Sequence record: DRR378314_1063
DNA length: 41,093 nucleotides
Reading direction: 5' to 3' (one strand)
Made by a program: the position numbers and the translations under genes. The notes under the pieces are model-generated. The model was not told the origin of the DNA and made no database searches. It saw only the letters and a program-made list of their open reading frames with translations. Of the stretch, positions 30,236 to 40,760 are shown piece after piece (position 1 is the stretch's first letter; the number at the start of each line of letters is the position of its first letter).

Positions 30236-31579
30236 ATGCTTAAACGACTATTGTCATACGTATCAGGAAACGGGAAGAAAAAAGCCCGCACCTATCAACG
30301 TCAGGAAATCCCCCGGGACCAGCATAACGTCTCCCGCTCGGAGATCAGCGAGCCCGCCAAAAAGGTGCTCAGCCGCCTGAACAATGCCGGCTACGAGGCC
30401 TACCTGGTGGGTGGCGGCGTTCGCGACATCCTGCTTGGCGGAAAACCCAAAGATTTTGATATCGCCACCAACGCCACACCGGAAGAAGTGCACGACCTGT
30501 TCCGCAATTCGAGGCTGATTGGCAGGCGCTTCCGCATCGTCCACGTGCTGTTCGGTCGGGAAGTCATCGAAGTGACCACCTTCCGTGGGAACGCCGCGGA
30601 AGCGGAAGAGGATGACGACGATGATGACCGCCGCACCAGCGAGCACGGCTTGCTGCTAAGAGACAATGTCTACGGCAGCCAGGAGGAAGACGCCCTGCGT
30701 CGGGACTTCACCGTCAACGCACTCTATTACTGCATCCGCGACTTCACAGTCGTCGATTTCGCCAACGGCATTGAGGACCTTGAAAACCGCCAGATGCGAC
30801 TGATTGGCGACCCGGAAACCCGCTATCGGGAAGACCCGGTGCGCATGCTCCGAGCCGTGCGTTTCGCCGCCAAGCTGGGTTTTGATATCGAACCCGACAC
30901 CGAAGCCCCGATCCGGGAGCTCGCGCCACTGCTGACGCACATTCCGCCCGCCCGGTTGTTCGAGGAAGTACTTAAACTGTTCTCTGCCGGTTACGGTGAA
31001 GCCACCTACGACCTGCTCAGCGAATACGACCTGTTGGCGCCCTTGTTCCCCGAAACGGTACAGGCCATCAACAACGGCGAGCCGGATGAACTCATCCGCA
31101 AGGCGCTGCGCAATACCGATGCCCGCATTGCCCAGGGCAAATCGGTAACGCCCTACTTTCTGTTTGCCGCCATGCTCTGGCCGGCCCTGCAGGCAGAATG
31201 GCGTAAACGCCAGGATAATGGCGAGCCAGTACAACCGGCCTTGCACATGGCCATCGCCAAGGTGATCGGCCGTCAGGTCCAGGCCACCTCGATACCCAAG
31301 CGTTTCTCCGGGCCGATGAAGGAAATCTGGGAACTGCAGATGCGCCTGCCCCGTCGCCAGGGCAAGCGCGCTTTCGCGACCATGTCGCACCCCCGCTTCC
31401 GGGCCGCCTATGATTTCCTGTTGGTACGGGAGGCCTCCGGTGAAATCGAACCGGGGCTGGGCCAGTGGTGGACGGAGTTCCAGGAAACGGACGAACGCGG
31501 CCAGGAGCGCATGCTGACACAACTGGGCAGCGACGGCCCCAAAAAACGCCGCCGCAAGAAGCCCGCGAAAAAGGCCTGA
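30236..31579 (+). CDS. pcnB: Poly(A) polymerase I
   Basis: VGGGVRD, KDFDIAT, LIGRRFRIVHV signature, RRDFTVN, EDPVRMLRA. Confidence 0.97.
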   Translation: MLKRLLSYVSGNGKKKARTYQRQEIPRDQHNVSRSEISEPAKKVLSRLNNAGYEAYLVGGGVRDILLGGKPKDFDIATNATPEEVHDLFRNSRLIGRRFRIVHVLFGREVIEVTTFRGNAAEAEEDDDDDDRRTSEHGLLLRDNVYGSQEEDALRRDFTVNALYYCIRDFTVVDFANGIEDLENRQMRLIGDPETRYREDPVRMLRAVRFAAKLGFDIEPDTEAPIRELAPLLTHIPPARLFEEVLKLFSAGYGEATYDLLSEYDLLAPLFPETVQAINNGEPDELIRKALRNTDARIAQGKSVTPYFLFAAMLWPALQAEWRKRQDNGEPVQPALHMAIAKVIGRQVQATSIPKRFSGPMKEIWELQMRLPRRQGKRAFATMSHPRFRAAYDFLLVREASGEIEPGLGQWWTEFQETDERGQERMLTQLGSDGPKKRRRKKPAKKA

Positions 31580-31582
31580 CCC

Positions 31583-32098
31583 ATGGCGGCCTCGGATGTT
31601 TTTGTAGGGCTCGGCAGCAACCAGGCCGACCCTTCCGCTCAGCTTGCCGGAGCCGTGGCCCGGCTGGCCGCATTGCCGAACACCGAACTGGTGGCCCAAT
31701 CCCCTTTCTACCGTAGTAAACCGGTTGGCCCGCAGGACCAGCCCGATTTCGTAAACGGTGCCGTCTGGTTACGCACGGCGCTTTCCCCTCTGGAGCTGCT
31801 GGACCAGCTTCAGACCATCGAACAGGCCCATGGCCGTGAACGAGTGCAGCACTGGGGCCCAAGAACCCTGGATCTGGACCTGCTCCTGTATGGCAATGAA
31901 ACCATCCACAGCGAACGGCTCACAGTGCCCCACGCCGAACTCGCCAACCGCGACTTCGTCTTGCAGCCATTGCTGGACCTCCAGCCTGGACTGGTACTGC
32001 CGGACGGCCGCTCCATTGAACAACTGCGGCAACAATGCCCGGACAACAGCCTGAAGAAGCTCCATCCGGTGGCACGCCCCCCTTTCCCGCCTGGCTAG
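31583..32098 (+). CDS. folK: 2-amino-4-hydroxy-6-hydroxymethyldihydropteridine diphosphokinase
   Basis: GLGSN, QPDFVN, WGPRTLDLDLL. Confidence 0.95.
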   Translation: MAASDVFVGLGSNQADPSAQLAGAVARLAALPNTELVAQSPFYRSKPVGPQDQPDFVNGAVWLRTALSPLELLDQLQTIEQAHGRERVQHWGPRTLDLDLLLYGNETIHSERLTVPHAELANRDFVLQPLLDLQPGLVLPDGRSIEQLRQQCPDNSLKKLHPVARPPFPPG

Positions 32099-32215
32099 AG
32101 CAACAGCCCGGCGTGCGGCTATTGCCACGAACACACCCCCGGATTACCCTAAAGGCCTGGATGCCGGCATATACCCGGCCCGGTCTGGCCCATCCACCCA
32201 CAAGGCAAGGATTCT

Positions 32216-33010
32216 ATGGCTGTTACCATCAATACTCTGCGAGACTACAAGCAGAAAGGCGAAGCCTTCTCCGTTCTGACCTCCTACGATGCGACCTTTG
32301 CTCAGATCGTCAGTGAGGCCGGCGTTGATGTCATCCTGATTGGCGACTCCCTTGGCATGGTACTTCAGGGACATGACAGCACACTGCCCGTTACCATGGA
32401 CCAGATGGTGTACCACGTGTCGTCCGTGACCAAAGGCAACCGCGGCTCGCTGATCATGGCAGACATGCCGTTCATGACTTATGGCACCACAGAGGCCGCC
32501 CTTGAGAACGCCGCCGAGCTGATGCGCGCCGGCGCCCACATGGTCAAGTTGGAAGGCACCGACTGGATGAAAGACACCATCCACGCCCTGAGCGAACGCG
32601 GCGTGCCGGTATGCGCCCATCTGGGCCTGACACCACAATTCGTCAACAAGTTTGGCGGCTATAAAGTCCAGGGCCGGGATGAGAAGCACGCAGAACTGAT
32701 GATTGAACACGCCTGTGAACTGGTCGCAGCCGGGGCAGATGCAATCCTGCTGGAGTGCGTTCCTGCGCCACTGGCAGCCCGTATCACCCAGGCCGTCCAG
32801 GCACCGGTGATTGGCATCGGTGCCGGCGCTGACACCGACGGCCAGGTGCTGGTTGTCCACGACATGCTGGGCATGACCACTGGCCGTAAACCACGCTTCG
32901 TAAAAGACTTCCTGGCGGAATCCGGTTCCGTCAAAGGTGCCATCGAAGCCTATGTGGCCGCCGTTCGCGACCGCTCATTCCCCGCCGAGGAGCATACGTT
33001 CAAGGCATGA
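32216..33010 (+). CDS. panB: 3-methyl-2-oxobutanoate hydroxymethyltransferase
   Basis: TSYDA, IGDSLGM, ADMPF, VKLEG, HLGLTPQ. Confidence 0.97.
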   Translation: MAVTINTLRDYKQKGEAFSVLTSYDATFAQIVSEAGVDVILIGDSLGMVLQGHDSTLPVTMDQMVYHVSSVTKGNRGSLIMADMPFMTYGTTEAALENAAELMRAGAHMVKLEGTDWMKDTIHALSERGVPVCAHLGLTPQFVNKFGGYKVQGRDEKHAELMIEHACELVAAGADAILLECVPAPLAARITQAVQAPVIGIGAGADTDGQVLVVHDMLGMTTGRKPRFVKDFLAESGSVKGAIEAYVAAVRDRSFPAEEHTFKA

Positions 33011-33855
33011 GAACCGTACATACGCTTAAAGAACTCCGCGCCATGCTGCGCAGCTACCGCCAGCAAGGGAAACGTATCGGGCTGGTTCCCACGATGGGCA
33101 ACCTGCATGAGGGGCACATTTCATTGGTCAGGAAGGCCCGTGAAGCCGCCGACATTGTGGTGACCAGCATTTTCGTGAACCCCATGCAGTTTGGTGCTAC
33201 TGAAGATCTGGACACTTACCCGCGCACACTGATTGAAGATCAGGAGCGGCTTGAGGCTGCAGGAAGCACCTTGGTCTTCGCCCCCTCCAATGACGAGATC
33301 TATCCGGAGGGGCTGGCGCGGCAAACCCGCGTTATCGTGCCCGAAGTCAGTGAGGGGCATTGTGGCGCCAGCCGGCCCGGCCACTTTGAAGGTGTCGCCA
33401 CGGTTGTCACTATGCTGTTTAACATGGTGCAGCCAGACATCGCTGTGTTTGGCGAGAAGGATTTCCAGCAGCTTGCCGTCATTCGCAAGCTCGCGAGAGA
33501 CCTGATGATACCGGTGGAAGTAATTGGCGCACCCACCATCCGCGAAGACGATGGCCTCGCCAAGAGTTCCCGTAACGGCTACCTCACCGAGCAGGAGCGC
33601 GCCGTGGCCCCAGTGGTTTATCGCACGCTCCAGACAACCGCCGAGCAGATCAACCAGGGTCGAACCGACTTTCAGGCACTGGAAGCAGAAGCCAATAAGG
33701 CACTGTCTGAGGCTGGACTGCGCCCGGACTACTTTAATATTGCCAGCAGCCTGACCCTGAGACCGGCCAACACTGACGACACCGAACTGACATTGCTGGT
33801 GGCGGCGTTTCTTGGCACCACGCGACTGATCGACAACCTGTCGATTACCCGCTGA
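33007..33855 (+). CDS. panC: Pantoate--beta-alanine ligase
   Basis: [30 protein letters not shown]. Confidence 0.97.
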   Translation: MRTVHTLKELRAMLRSYRQQGKRIGLVPTMGNLHEGHISLVRKAREAADIVVTSIFVNPMQFGATEDLDTYPRTLIEDQERLEAAGSTLVFAPSNDEIYPEGLARQTRVIVPEVSEGHCGASRPGHFEGVATVVTMLFNMVQPDIAVFGEKDFQQLAVIRKLARDLMIPVEVIGAPTIREDDGLAKSSRNGYLTEQERAVAPVVYRTLQTTAEQINQGRTDFQALEAEANKALSEAGLRPDYFNIASSLTLRPANTDDTELTLLVAAFLGTTRLIDNLSITR

Positions 33856-33886
33856 ACCGACACCCACTGACCGAAAGGATTCCACA

Positions 33887-35551
33887 ATGCCCCAGGGCTC
33901 TGCACCACTCACCAGCCGGCCCGAGTGGCAGGCGCTGAAGACACATCAGGCGGAACTGGAAAGCACCCACATGAGGGACCTTTTCAGCAGCGATCCAGGC
34001 CGGGCGAGCCGCTTTTTCATCCGCGGTGGCGGCCTGTCGCTGGACTACTCCCGCAACCGCATGATCGACGACACCATGGCAAAGTTGATGGCGCTGGCCA
34101 GAACCTGTGGCGTGCCGGAGCGTACCGAAGCCATGTTTCGCGGTGATCACATTAACGTGACGGAAAAGCGCCCGGCATTGCATGTCGCCCTGAGGGACAC
34201 CAGCGGCGATCCCCTTCTTGTCGACGGCACCAACATCACGCCGGAAGTGGAAACCACACTGAATCGCATGGCGCAGTTTGTGGACGACGTGCTCAGCAAA
34301 CGCTGGTTGGGCCATACCGGCAAGGCCTTTACGGATGTGGTCAGTATCGGTATCGGCGGCTCGTTCCTTGGCCCCAAACTGGTGTCTGAAGCCCTTCGCC
34401 CCTACTGGCACGGTCAGTTAAACGCCCACTACGTGGCCAATATCGACGGCACTCAGATCGCCGAAGTGCTGCGCCGGGTCAACCCGGAAACCACCCTGTT
34501 CCTGATCCAGTCCAAGTCCTTCCGCACCCAGGAAACCCTGGAAAACAGCAAAGTGGCTCGCACCTGGTTCCTGGACAACGGCGGCAGCGAAGACCAGATC
34601 GCCAAGCACTTCGTGGCGGTGACGGCCAATACGCCGGAAGCAGTGAACTTTGGCATTTCAGAGGACAACATTTTCCCGATGTGGGACTGGGTGGGCGGGC
34701 GCTATTCGCTATGGTCCGCCATCGGCCTGCCCGTGGCGCTGACCATCGGCATGAACAATTTCCGCGCCCTGCTATCGGGTGCCAATGCCATGGACCAGCA
34801 TTTCCGCAGTGCCCCGCTGGAACAGAACCTGCCCGTGGTCATGGCCATGCTGGGGCTCTGGTACAACAACTTCTGGGGCGCCGAAACCTACACCATCCTG
34901 CCCTATGACCATTACTTGCGTAGCTTGCCGGCACACCTGCAGCAACTGGACATGGAAAGCAACGGCAAGAGCGTTACCCAAAGCGGCGAGCCGCTGACCT
35001 ACCAGAGTGGCCCGGTGATCTGGGGTGGCGTGGGCGCCAATGGCCAACACGCCTTCCACCAGTTGTTGCACCAGGGCACGCGGCTGATTCCGGCGGACTT
35101 CATCATTCCCCTGGAGACCCAAAACGAGGTGGCCAGCCATCACGTCACCCTGTTTGCCAACTGCCTGGCCCAGTCAAGGGCGCTGATGTCCGGCAAGACC
35201 CTGGAGGAGGCAAAGGCGGAACTGAAGGCCGAGGGGATGAGCGCTGAGGAGATCGACCAACTGGCGCCCCACAAGGTGATTCCCGGCAACAAGCCCAGCA
35301 ACACGCTACTGATGGACAAGTCGACGCCGGAAACCGTCGGCGCCCTGATTGCCCTCTACGAGCATCGCACCTTTGTGCAGGGCATCATCTGGGACGTGGA
35401 TTCCTTCGATCAATGGGGCGTGGAGCTGGGCAAACAGATGGGCAAAGGCATACTGGACCGGCTGGCGGGCGATAGCACCGAAGGCGAGGAGGCCATCGAC
35501 AGCTCAACGGCCAGCCTGATCCGGCTATACCGTTCGCATCACCAGGCGTAA
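33887..35551 (+). CDS. pgi: Glucose-6-phosphate isomerase
   Basis: IGIGGS, WVGGRYSLWS, DMESNGK, FDQWGVELGK. Confidence 0.97.
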   Translation: MPQGSAPLTSRPEWQALKTHQAELESTHMRDLFSSDPGRASRFFIRGGGLSLDYSRNRMIDDTMAKLMALARTCGVPERTEAMFRGDHINVTEKRPALHVALRDTSGDPLLVDGTNITPEVETTLNRMAQFVDDVLSKRWLGHTGKAFTDVVSIGIGGSFLGPKLVSEALRPYWHGQLNAHYVANIDGTQIAEVLRRVNPETTLFLIQSKSFRTQETLENSKVARTWFLDNGGSEDQIAKHFVAVTANTPEAVNFGISEDNIFPMWDWVGGRYSLWSAIGLPVALTIGMNNFRALLSGANAMDQHFRSAPLEQNLPVVMAMLGLWYNNFWGAETYTILPYDHYLRSLPAHLQQLDMESNGKSVTQSGEPLTYQSGPVIWGGVGANGQHAFHQLLHQGTRLIPADFIIPLETQNEVASHHVTLFANCLAQSRALMSGKTLEEAKAELKAEGMSAEEIDQLAPHKVIPGNKPSNTLLMDKSTPETVGALIALYEHRTFVQGIIWDVDSFDQWGVELGKQMGKGILDRLAGDSTEGEEAIDSSTASLIRLYRSHHQA

Positions 35552-35558
35552 AACCGCA

Positions 35559-36077
35559 TTACCGGGCAGCGGCCTGCGAGATGCGCCGGCCCTGCCAGGT
35601 AAAGTCCACCGGCCATAGCTTTTGGTCGCGGTCATAGGCCTGCCACAGCGCCGCATAACGCTCGCCGCAGACCGGATGGACGTCCGCCGGCGCAATTTCC
35701 GCCAGGGGCAGAAGCACAAACGCGTTTTTTAGAATCTCGCCCCGAGGCAGCTCGACACCGTCAACCCGGCCCACCGTGTTATCGTAGGTGAGAATATCCA
35801 GGTCCAGGGTCCGCGGGCTGAATTTTGGCACATCCCGCCGCCGGCCATTGTCCGCTTCCAGCTGTTTGAAGCGGACCGACAGCTCAGCCACACTCAGGCC
35901 GGTATCGACACCCACCACCAGGTTGTAGAAAGGCGAGCCATCGAAACCAACGGACTCACTTTCGTATACCGACGAAATAAGCAGGTCGTCGAACCAGCCC
36001 GCCAGCGCGTCCAGCGCTGCCGTGATGTAACGATCGCGATCAATGTTACTGCCGATACTGATATATACCCGCGCCAT
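35559..36077 (-). CDS. folK: Second HPPK (FolK paralog)
   Basis: SIGSN, FYNLV, SPRTLDLDIL. Coupled to folB. Confidence 0.92.
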   Translation of the reverse strand: MARVYISIGSNIDRDRYITAALDALAGWFDDLLISSVYESESVGFDGSPFYNLVVGVDTGLSVAELSVRFKQLEADNGRRRDVPKFSPRTLDLDILTYDNTVGRVDGVELPRGEILKNAFVLLPLAEIAPADVHPVCGERYAALWQAYDRDQKLWPVDFTWQGRRISQAAAR

Positions 36078-36433
36078 CAGCGGCTCCCCCGTTCAATCTT
36101 CACACCCACGGCTGCCGCGGCCGGTACAACACCGGGCTTGCGAAGAGTCAGGCGCAACCATCGAACGCTGAACTCGTCCTGCAGCAGCCTGGCAATGCCC
36201 TCAGCGGCGGTTTCCAACAGTTGTGGCTGCGCCTGGACCAGATAGGCTGAAACACGTTCGCTGACCAGCGCGTAGTCCAGAGCATCCCTGACGTCGTCCG
36301 AGGCCGCCGGCACCCGGTTGTCCCAGGCCATTTCCATGTCCAACAATAGCCTTTGGCTGACTTCCCGCTCCCAGTCGTAGACGCCGATAACTGCCTCAAC
36401 GGCCAGACCTTCAATCAGTACACTATCTGTCAA
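36077..36433 (-). CDS. folB: Dihydroneopterin aldolase
   Basis: IGVYDWER, Q, LDYA, LLET, RKP motifs. TTG 36433 after GGGAG preferred to 36538. Confidence 0.93.
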   Translation of the reverse strand: MTDSVLIEGLAVEAVIGVYDWEREVSQRLLLDMEMAWDNRVPAASDDVRDALDYALVSERVSAYLVQAQPQLLETAAEGIARLLQDEFSVRWLRLTLRKPGVVPAAAAVGVKIERGSR

Positions 36434-36592
36434 CGGAGGCACTCCCGGGCTTACACTCTTTGCTGATTGAATAACGCGCAGGCAGCGGATACTGTGTAAA
36501 ATCTGACCTGCTTCGTCGCGGGGCCGGCATTTTCTCATAAATGACCAGTACGCGTCTTTGCGTCTTTTTCACTTTGCCAACGAACATCGCCA

Positions 36593-37186
36593 ATGAGTTT
36601 TCTGAGTGACCCGGTACTGACCGTCCTGCTCTGCGCCCTGGCCTATCTGGCGGGTTCGGTGCTGTTTGCGCTGCCGGTCTGCCATGCCTGGCACCTGCCG
36701 GATCCGCGCGCTCAGGGCTCCGGCAACCCCGGCGCCACAAACGTCTACCGCACCGGTGGATGGCCGCCGGCGGCACTGACGCTGTTCCTGGATGCGGCAA
36801 AGGGCTGGTTGCCAGTGTGGCTGGCACACCAGGCGGAGCTGACCATCCTATCCCAGGCCATGGTGGCACTGTGCGCGGTGACAGGGCACATGATTCCGCT
36901 GTTCTATCGCTTCAAGGGTGGGAAAGGCGTGGCAACGGCACTGGGTGCCGGAATAGCACTGGCGCCTGCGACCACCCTGCTGCTGGCCGCCATCTGGGCG
37001 CTGGTGATGTGGCGATGGAAGATTTCGGCGCTCGCTTCGATAGTGGCGATTGTCAGCGGCCCGATCATCAGTGCCCTGATCGAACCGGACACCCTGCCCC
37101 TGTTTGGCCTGCTGGCCATACTGATTGTGGTACGCCACCGCAACAACCTGATTCGCATGGCCCAGGGCCGGGAACCGGGCTTCTAG
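36593..37186 (+). CDS. plsY: Glycerol-3-phosphate acyltransferase PlsY
   Basis: [24 protein letters not shown]. Confidence 0.96.
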   Translation: MSFLSDPVLTVLLCALAYLAGSVLFALPVCHAWHLPDPRAQGSGNPGATNVYRTGGWPPAALTLFLDAAKGWLPVWLAHQAELTILSQAMVALCAVTGHMIPLFYRFKGGKGVATALGAGIALAPATTLLLAAIWALVMWRWKISALASIVAIVSGPIISALIEPDTLPLFGLLAILIVVRHRNNLIRMAQGREPGF

Positions 37187-38238
37187 TCTACGAGGCCGTT
37201 CGCCCGGGGCTCGCCCACCGCCGGCAGCGTATTCATCGGCCAGCGCGGCACCGCCACGATCCGATCACCATCCTGCTGGCCGGCGTTCATCCGCTGGCAA
37301 CCCGCGTAGGCAATCATGGCGCCATTATCCGTACAGAACTCCGGGCGCGCATAAAACACGCCTGCGCGGAGCTTTTCGGTCATCTTCTCCAGCCCAGCTC
37401 TCAACCGCTTATTGGCGCTCACGCCACCGGCAATCACCAAACGCTTGCTACCGGTCTGCTCCAGGGCACGACGGCATTTGATGGTCAGCGTGTCCACCAC
37501 CGCGGCCTCGAAGGCCAGGGCGATATCGGCACGGGTTTGGTCGTCCAGCCCGCCGGCGCCTTCTGCGGCGGCAACGGTATTCAGGGTAAACGTCTTCAGG
37601 CCACTGAAACTGAAATCCAGCCCCGGCCGGTCCGTCATCGGGCGCGGGAACCGGTAGCGCCCCGGCGTGCCTGTTTCGGCCAGTGCAGCCACCCTCGGCC
37701 CGCCGGGATAATCCAGCCCCAGCATCTTGGCGGTTTTGTCGAAGGCTTCGCCAGCCGCATCGTCCACGGATTCACCGAGCATTTCGTACTCACCAATGCC
37801 CTTTACCAGCACCAACTGGGTATGGCCACCGGAGACCAGCAAGGCGACGAAGGGAAACGCCGGAGGATTGTCCTCCAGCATCGGCGCCAACAGGTGGCCT
37901 TCCATATGATGCACGCCCAGCACGGGCACCCCCAGTGCAAATCCCAGCGCGTGGGCCACGGAACCACCCACCATCAGAGCCCCTACCAGGCCGGGGCCTG
38001 CGGTGTAAGCAATTCCCTCGATATCAGCGCGCCCCTTGCCGGCGTCTGCCAATATTTGATCGCACAAAGGCAGCAGCTTACGAACATGGTCACGGGAGGC
38101 CAACTCTGGCACCACGCCGCCGTAATCGGCGTGCATATCAATCTGGCTGAACAACGCATGCGCCAGCAGCCCACGTTCGCTGTCATAGAGGGCAACGCCG
38201 GTTTCATCACAGGAGGTTTCAATACCGAGGATCAGCAT
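37183..38238 (-). CDS. tsaD: tRNA N6-adenosine threonylcarbamoyltransferase
   Basis: [28 protein letters not shown]. Confidence 0.97.
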   Translation of the reverse strand: MLILGIETSCDETGVALYDSERGLLAHALFSQIDMHADYGGVVPELASRDHVRKLLPLCDQILADAGKGRADIEGIAYTAGPGLVGALMVGGSVAHALGFALGVPVLGVHHMEGHLLAPMLEDNPPAFPFVALLVSGGHTQLVLVKGIGEYEMLGESVDDAAGEAFDKTAKMLGLDYPGGPRVAALAETGTPGRYRFPRPMTDRPGLDFSFSGLKTFTLNTVAAAEGAGGLDDQTRADIALAFEAAVVDTLTIKCRRALEQTGSKRLVIAGGVSANKRLRAGLEKMTEKLRAGVFYARPEFCTDNGAMIAYAGCQRMNAGQQDGDRIVAVPRWPMNTLPAVGEPRANGLVD

Positions 38239-38327
38239 AAATAAGGGCCACAACTCCGGGCTAGCAAACGTAAACGACGCATTTTAGCAGAAACCCGAAA
38301 CCCTCTGTCAGTTTCATCGAACAAACA

Positions 38328-38357
38328 TTGACCTTGGCCATGGGCAGGCGCTATCAT
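38328..38357 (+). promoter_or_regulatory. Sigma70 promoter of the rpsU-dnaG-rpoD operon
   Basis: TTGACC (38328-38333), 18 bp, TATCAT (38352-38357), GC-rich discriminator. Confidence 0.6.
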
Positions 38358-38477
38358 TGCCGGCCTTAAATACGCACTGGTCGAGTTTTAGCCAATCTGA
38401 CCAGGTATCGAGTCGATCTGACAAACCGGTCGATCAGACAAAACAGAAACCGAATCAATCAGGTAGGTGATTTTCGA

Positions 38478-38693
38478 ATGCCAGCTGTTAAAGTGAAAGA
38501 GAATGAACCGTTTGACGTAGCCCTTCGTCGCTTCAAGCGCTCCTGCGAAAAAGCAGGCGTTCTGTCGGAAGTACGTCGCCGTGAGCACTACGAGAAGCCG
38601 ACAGCCGTGCGCAAGCGCAAGGCAGCTGCAGCCGTCAAGCGTCATCTCAAGAAGCTTCAGCGGGAACAGCGCAAGTTCGAGCGTCTGTACTAA
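38478..38693 (+). CDS. rpsU: 30S ribosomal protein S21
   Basis: [27 protein letters not shown]. Confidence 0.99.
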   Translation: MPAVKVKENEPFDVALRRFKRSCEKAGVLSEVRRREHYEKPTAVRKRKAAAAVKRHLKKLQREQRKFERLY

Positions 38694-38762
38694 GCTTTAC
38701 CGGACGCCGCTTGACTGCAAGCCTATAATCGCCTGTATAGCCACAGGTTGCACAGAGCGATA

Positions 38763-38802
38763 CCAAAATGCCGCCGAGGCCTGGCTTCGGCGGCATTTTT
38801 GG
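38763..38802 (+). terminator. Intrinsic terminator between rpsU and dnaG
   Basis: AAAATGCCGCCGAGGC-CTG-GCTTCGGCGGCATTTTT. Confidence 0.85.
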
Positions 38803-38845
38803 CTGTACTTCCAGGCCCGGCACTTTCCGCGCGACCGGAGACATC

Positions 38846-40579
38846 ATGAGTGGACTGATCCCGCAACGTTTTGTTGAAGACCTGCTCGACAGAATAGACC
38901 TGGCCGAGCTGATTGGATCACGTATCACCCTGAAAAAGGCCGGCGGCAACTACAAGGCCCGCTGCCCCTTCCATGATGAAAAAACGCCGTCTTTCAACGT
39001 TCGGCCGGACAAGGGCTTCTACCACTGCTTTGGCTGTGGCGCCCATGGCGATGCCATCAGCTTTGTCCGCGAGTTCGACGGCCTGGGCTTTACCGACGCG
39101 GTAGAGGAACTGGCCCGCCGAGCCGGCATGGAAGTGCCCTACGATCAGAGCGCTCGCCAGGAAATGCAGCAGGCGCGGACACTGACGGACGCCCTGGATT
39201 ACGCCAGCCGCTTCTATCAGTCTGCCCTGAAGGGCCAGCAAGGCGAATTCGCACGGGACTATCTCAAACAGAGGGGCCTGGACGACAGCATTATTGAACA
39301 ATACCAGTTGGGCTATGCGCCCGGCACCGGTACCGCCCTGTTCGACAGTGCCAGCAAGGATTTGCAGGGACCGTTAGTCGAGACCGGCACCGTGTCCGAC
39401 CGCTACGGCCGGCCGAGGGACCTGTTCCGCAACCGGGTGATGTTTCCGATCCGCAACAGCCGCGGACGGACCATTGCCTTTGGCGGTCGCACACTGGGTG
39501 ACGACAAGGCCAAGTACATCAACTCTCCGGAGTCTGATGTGTTCCATAAAAGCCGCGAAATCTATGGCCTTTATGAAGCCAAGCAGTCGATCCGCCAGCT
39601 TGACAGACTGCTGGTGGTGGAAGGCTACATGGACGTCATTGCGCTGGCGCAAAACGGCATCCACTTTGCGGTGGCCACACTGGGCACGGCCACCAACCAG
39701 GACAGCCTGGCGGCCCTGCTGAAGCAGGTGCGACACCTGGTGTTCTGCTTTGACGGCGACCAGGCCGGTTACCGGGCCGCCGACAAGGCCCTGGACAACG
39801 CACTGGAATTGCTGACCGACGGCCTGCATCTGCAGTTCCTGATGATGCCGGACGGCGAAGACCCGGACACACTGGTGCGCAAGGAGGGCCCCGACGCGTT
39901 CCAGGAGCGCATCAACAGCGCCACGCCCCTGTCCCGCTACCTGTTCAACCGACAGAGCGAAGGGCTGGACCTGACGCTGCCGGAAGACCGGGGCGAGCTG
40001 AAGGCACGGGTAGAGCCGCTGCTGAAGAAAATGCCCAGGAGCACCCTCAGGGACGCCATGTGGCATGAAATGCTGCGGCTGTGCGGCAACAACCGGGGTG
40101 ACTGGCAAAACCGCCGCCAGCCGAATGGCAAGGGCGGCTACGGCGAGCGCCGGGTGCAGGAACAACGGATTGACGTAAAACTCAGCAAGGACACCCAGCT
40201 TTGCCTGGCCCTGCTGGAAGCACCGGACATGGCCAGTGAAATGGCCGAACTGTGCCGCAGCAGCCGCCAGTACCGGCAAGCCGGCCAGTTTGCTGGCTGG
40301 ATCCTGGAGAACGCGGTTAAAGACCGGCGCTCTCTGGTCCGCCAGTTGGCGACGGACAATCGCGCCAGGGAACAGTTCTACAACCTGTTCGACGGCATTG
40401 AACACGTACCTGCGCGGGAACAGACCCTGGCAGGTGCCCGGGAAATGCTGAACCCGAACCGGGAAGTGGCACGCAAGCAACGGCTGGCGTCGCTGTTGTC
40501 GGAAAAACGTAGCCTGGCAGACCTGACCGCTGAAGAGCGGCAGGAACTGAAGGCACTGACCGGACAGAACGACGACTGA
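38846..40579 (+). CDS. dnaG: DNA primase
   Basis: CPFH...CFGC zinc finger, FGGR, KYINSPE, VEGYMDV, FDGD. ATG 38846 after GGAG. Confidence 0.97.
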   Translation: MSGLIPQRFVEDLLDRIDLAELIGSRITLKKAGGNYKARCPFHDEKTPSFNVRPDKGFYHCFGCGAHGDAISFVREFDGLGFTDAVEELARRAGMEVPYDQSARQEMQQARTLTDALDYASRFYQSALKGQQGEFARDYLKQRGLDDSIIEQYQLGYAPGTGTALFDSASKDLQGPLVETGTVSDRYGRPRDLFRNRVMFPIRNSRGRTIAFGGRTLGDDKAKYINSPESDVFHKSREIYGLYEAKQSIRQLDRLLVVEGYMDVIALAQNGIHFAVATLGTATNQDSLAALLKQVRHLVFCFDGDQAGYRAADKALDNALELLTDGLHLQFLMMPDGEDPDTLVRKEGPDAFQERINSATPLSRYLFNRQSEGLDLTLPEDRGELKARVEPLLKKMPRSTLRDAMWHEMLRLCGNNRGDWQNRRQPNGKGGYGERRVQEQRIDVKLSKDTQLCLALLEAPDMASEMAELCRSSRQYRQAGQFAGWILENAVKDRRSLVRQLATDNRAREQFYNLFDGIEHVPAREQTLAGAREMLNPNREVARKQRLASLLSEKRSLADLTAEERQELKALTGQNDD

Positions 40580-40646
40580 CCAGCGCCAGAAAACAGGGCC
40601 GGCGGGCCAATAAAACGCAATAAGTGCCGCCGGAAACGGCACTGCA

Positions 40647-40714
40647 CTTGAAACTTGGAGTGTTGATCACCATCTAACCATCCGGTGGCAGAGCAACCGA
40701 GCGACAGCTATAAT
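40647..40714 (+). promoter_or_regulatory. Tandem sigma32 and sigma70 promoters for rpoD
   Basis: CTTGAAA (40647-40653), N14, CACCATCT (40668-40675); then TGGCAG (40686-40691), N17, TATAAT (40709-40714). Confidence 0.7.
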
Positions 40715-40760
40715 GGCTGTTTCACTTTTTTCCTTTTACCAGCGAGTTCACAGGGTGTCT

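Noticed and set aside
30602-30630. Poly-acidic GAN run in pcnB
   Set aside because: In-frame variable acidic loop with mixed codons; not a phase-variable tract.
32099-32215. Possible regulatory leader before panB
   Set aside because: GC-rich with weak pairing, and no recognizable motif or terminator.
36760-38244. 494-aa plus-strand ORF
   Set aside because: Overlaps plsY out of frame and tsaD antisense; the sequence does not look like a real protein.
38733-38746. LexA-like CTGT...ACAG downstream of rpsU
   Set aside because: The spacer is 6 nt instead of the required 8.
39374-40642. 422-aa minus-strand ORF
   Set aside because: Antisense shadow of dnaG.
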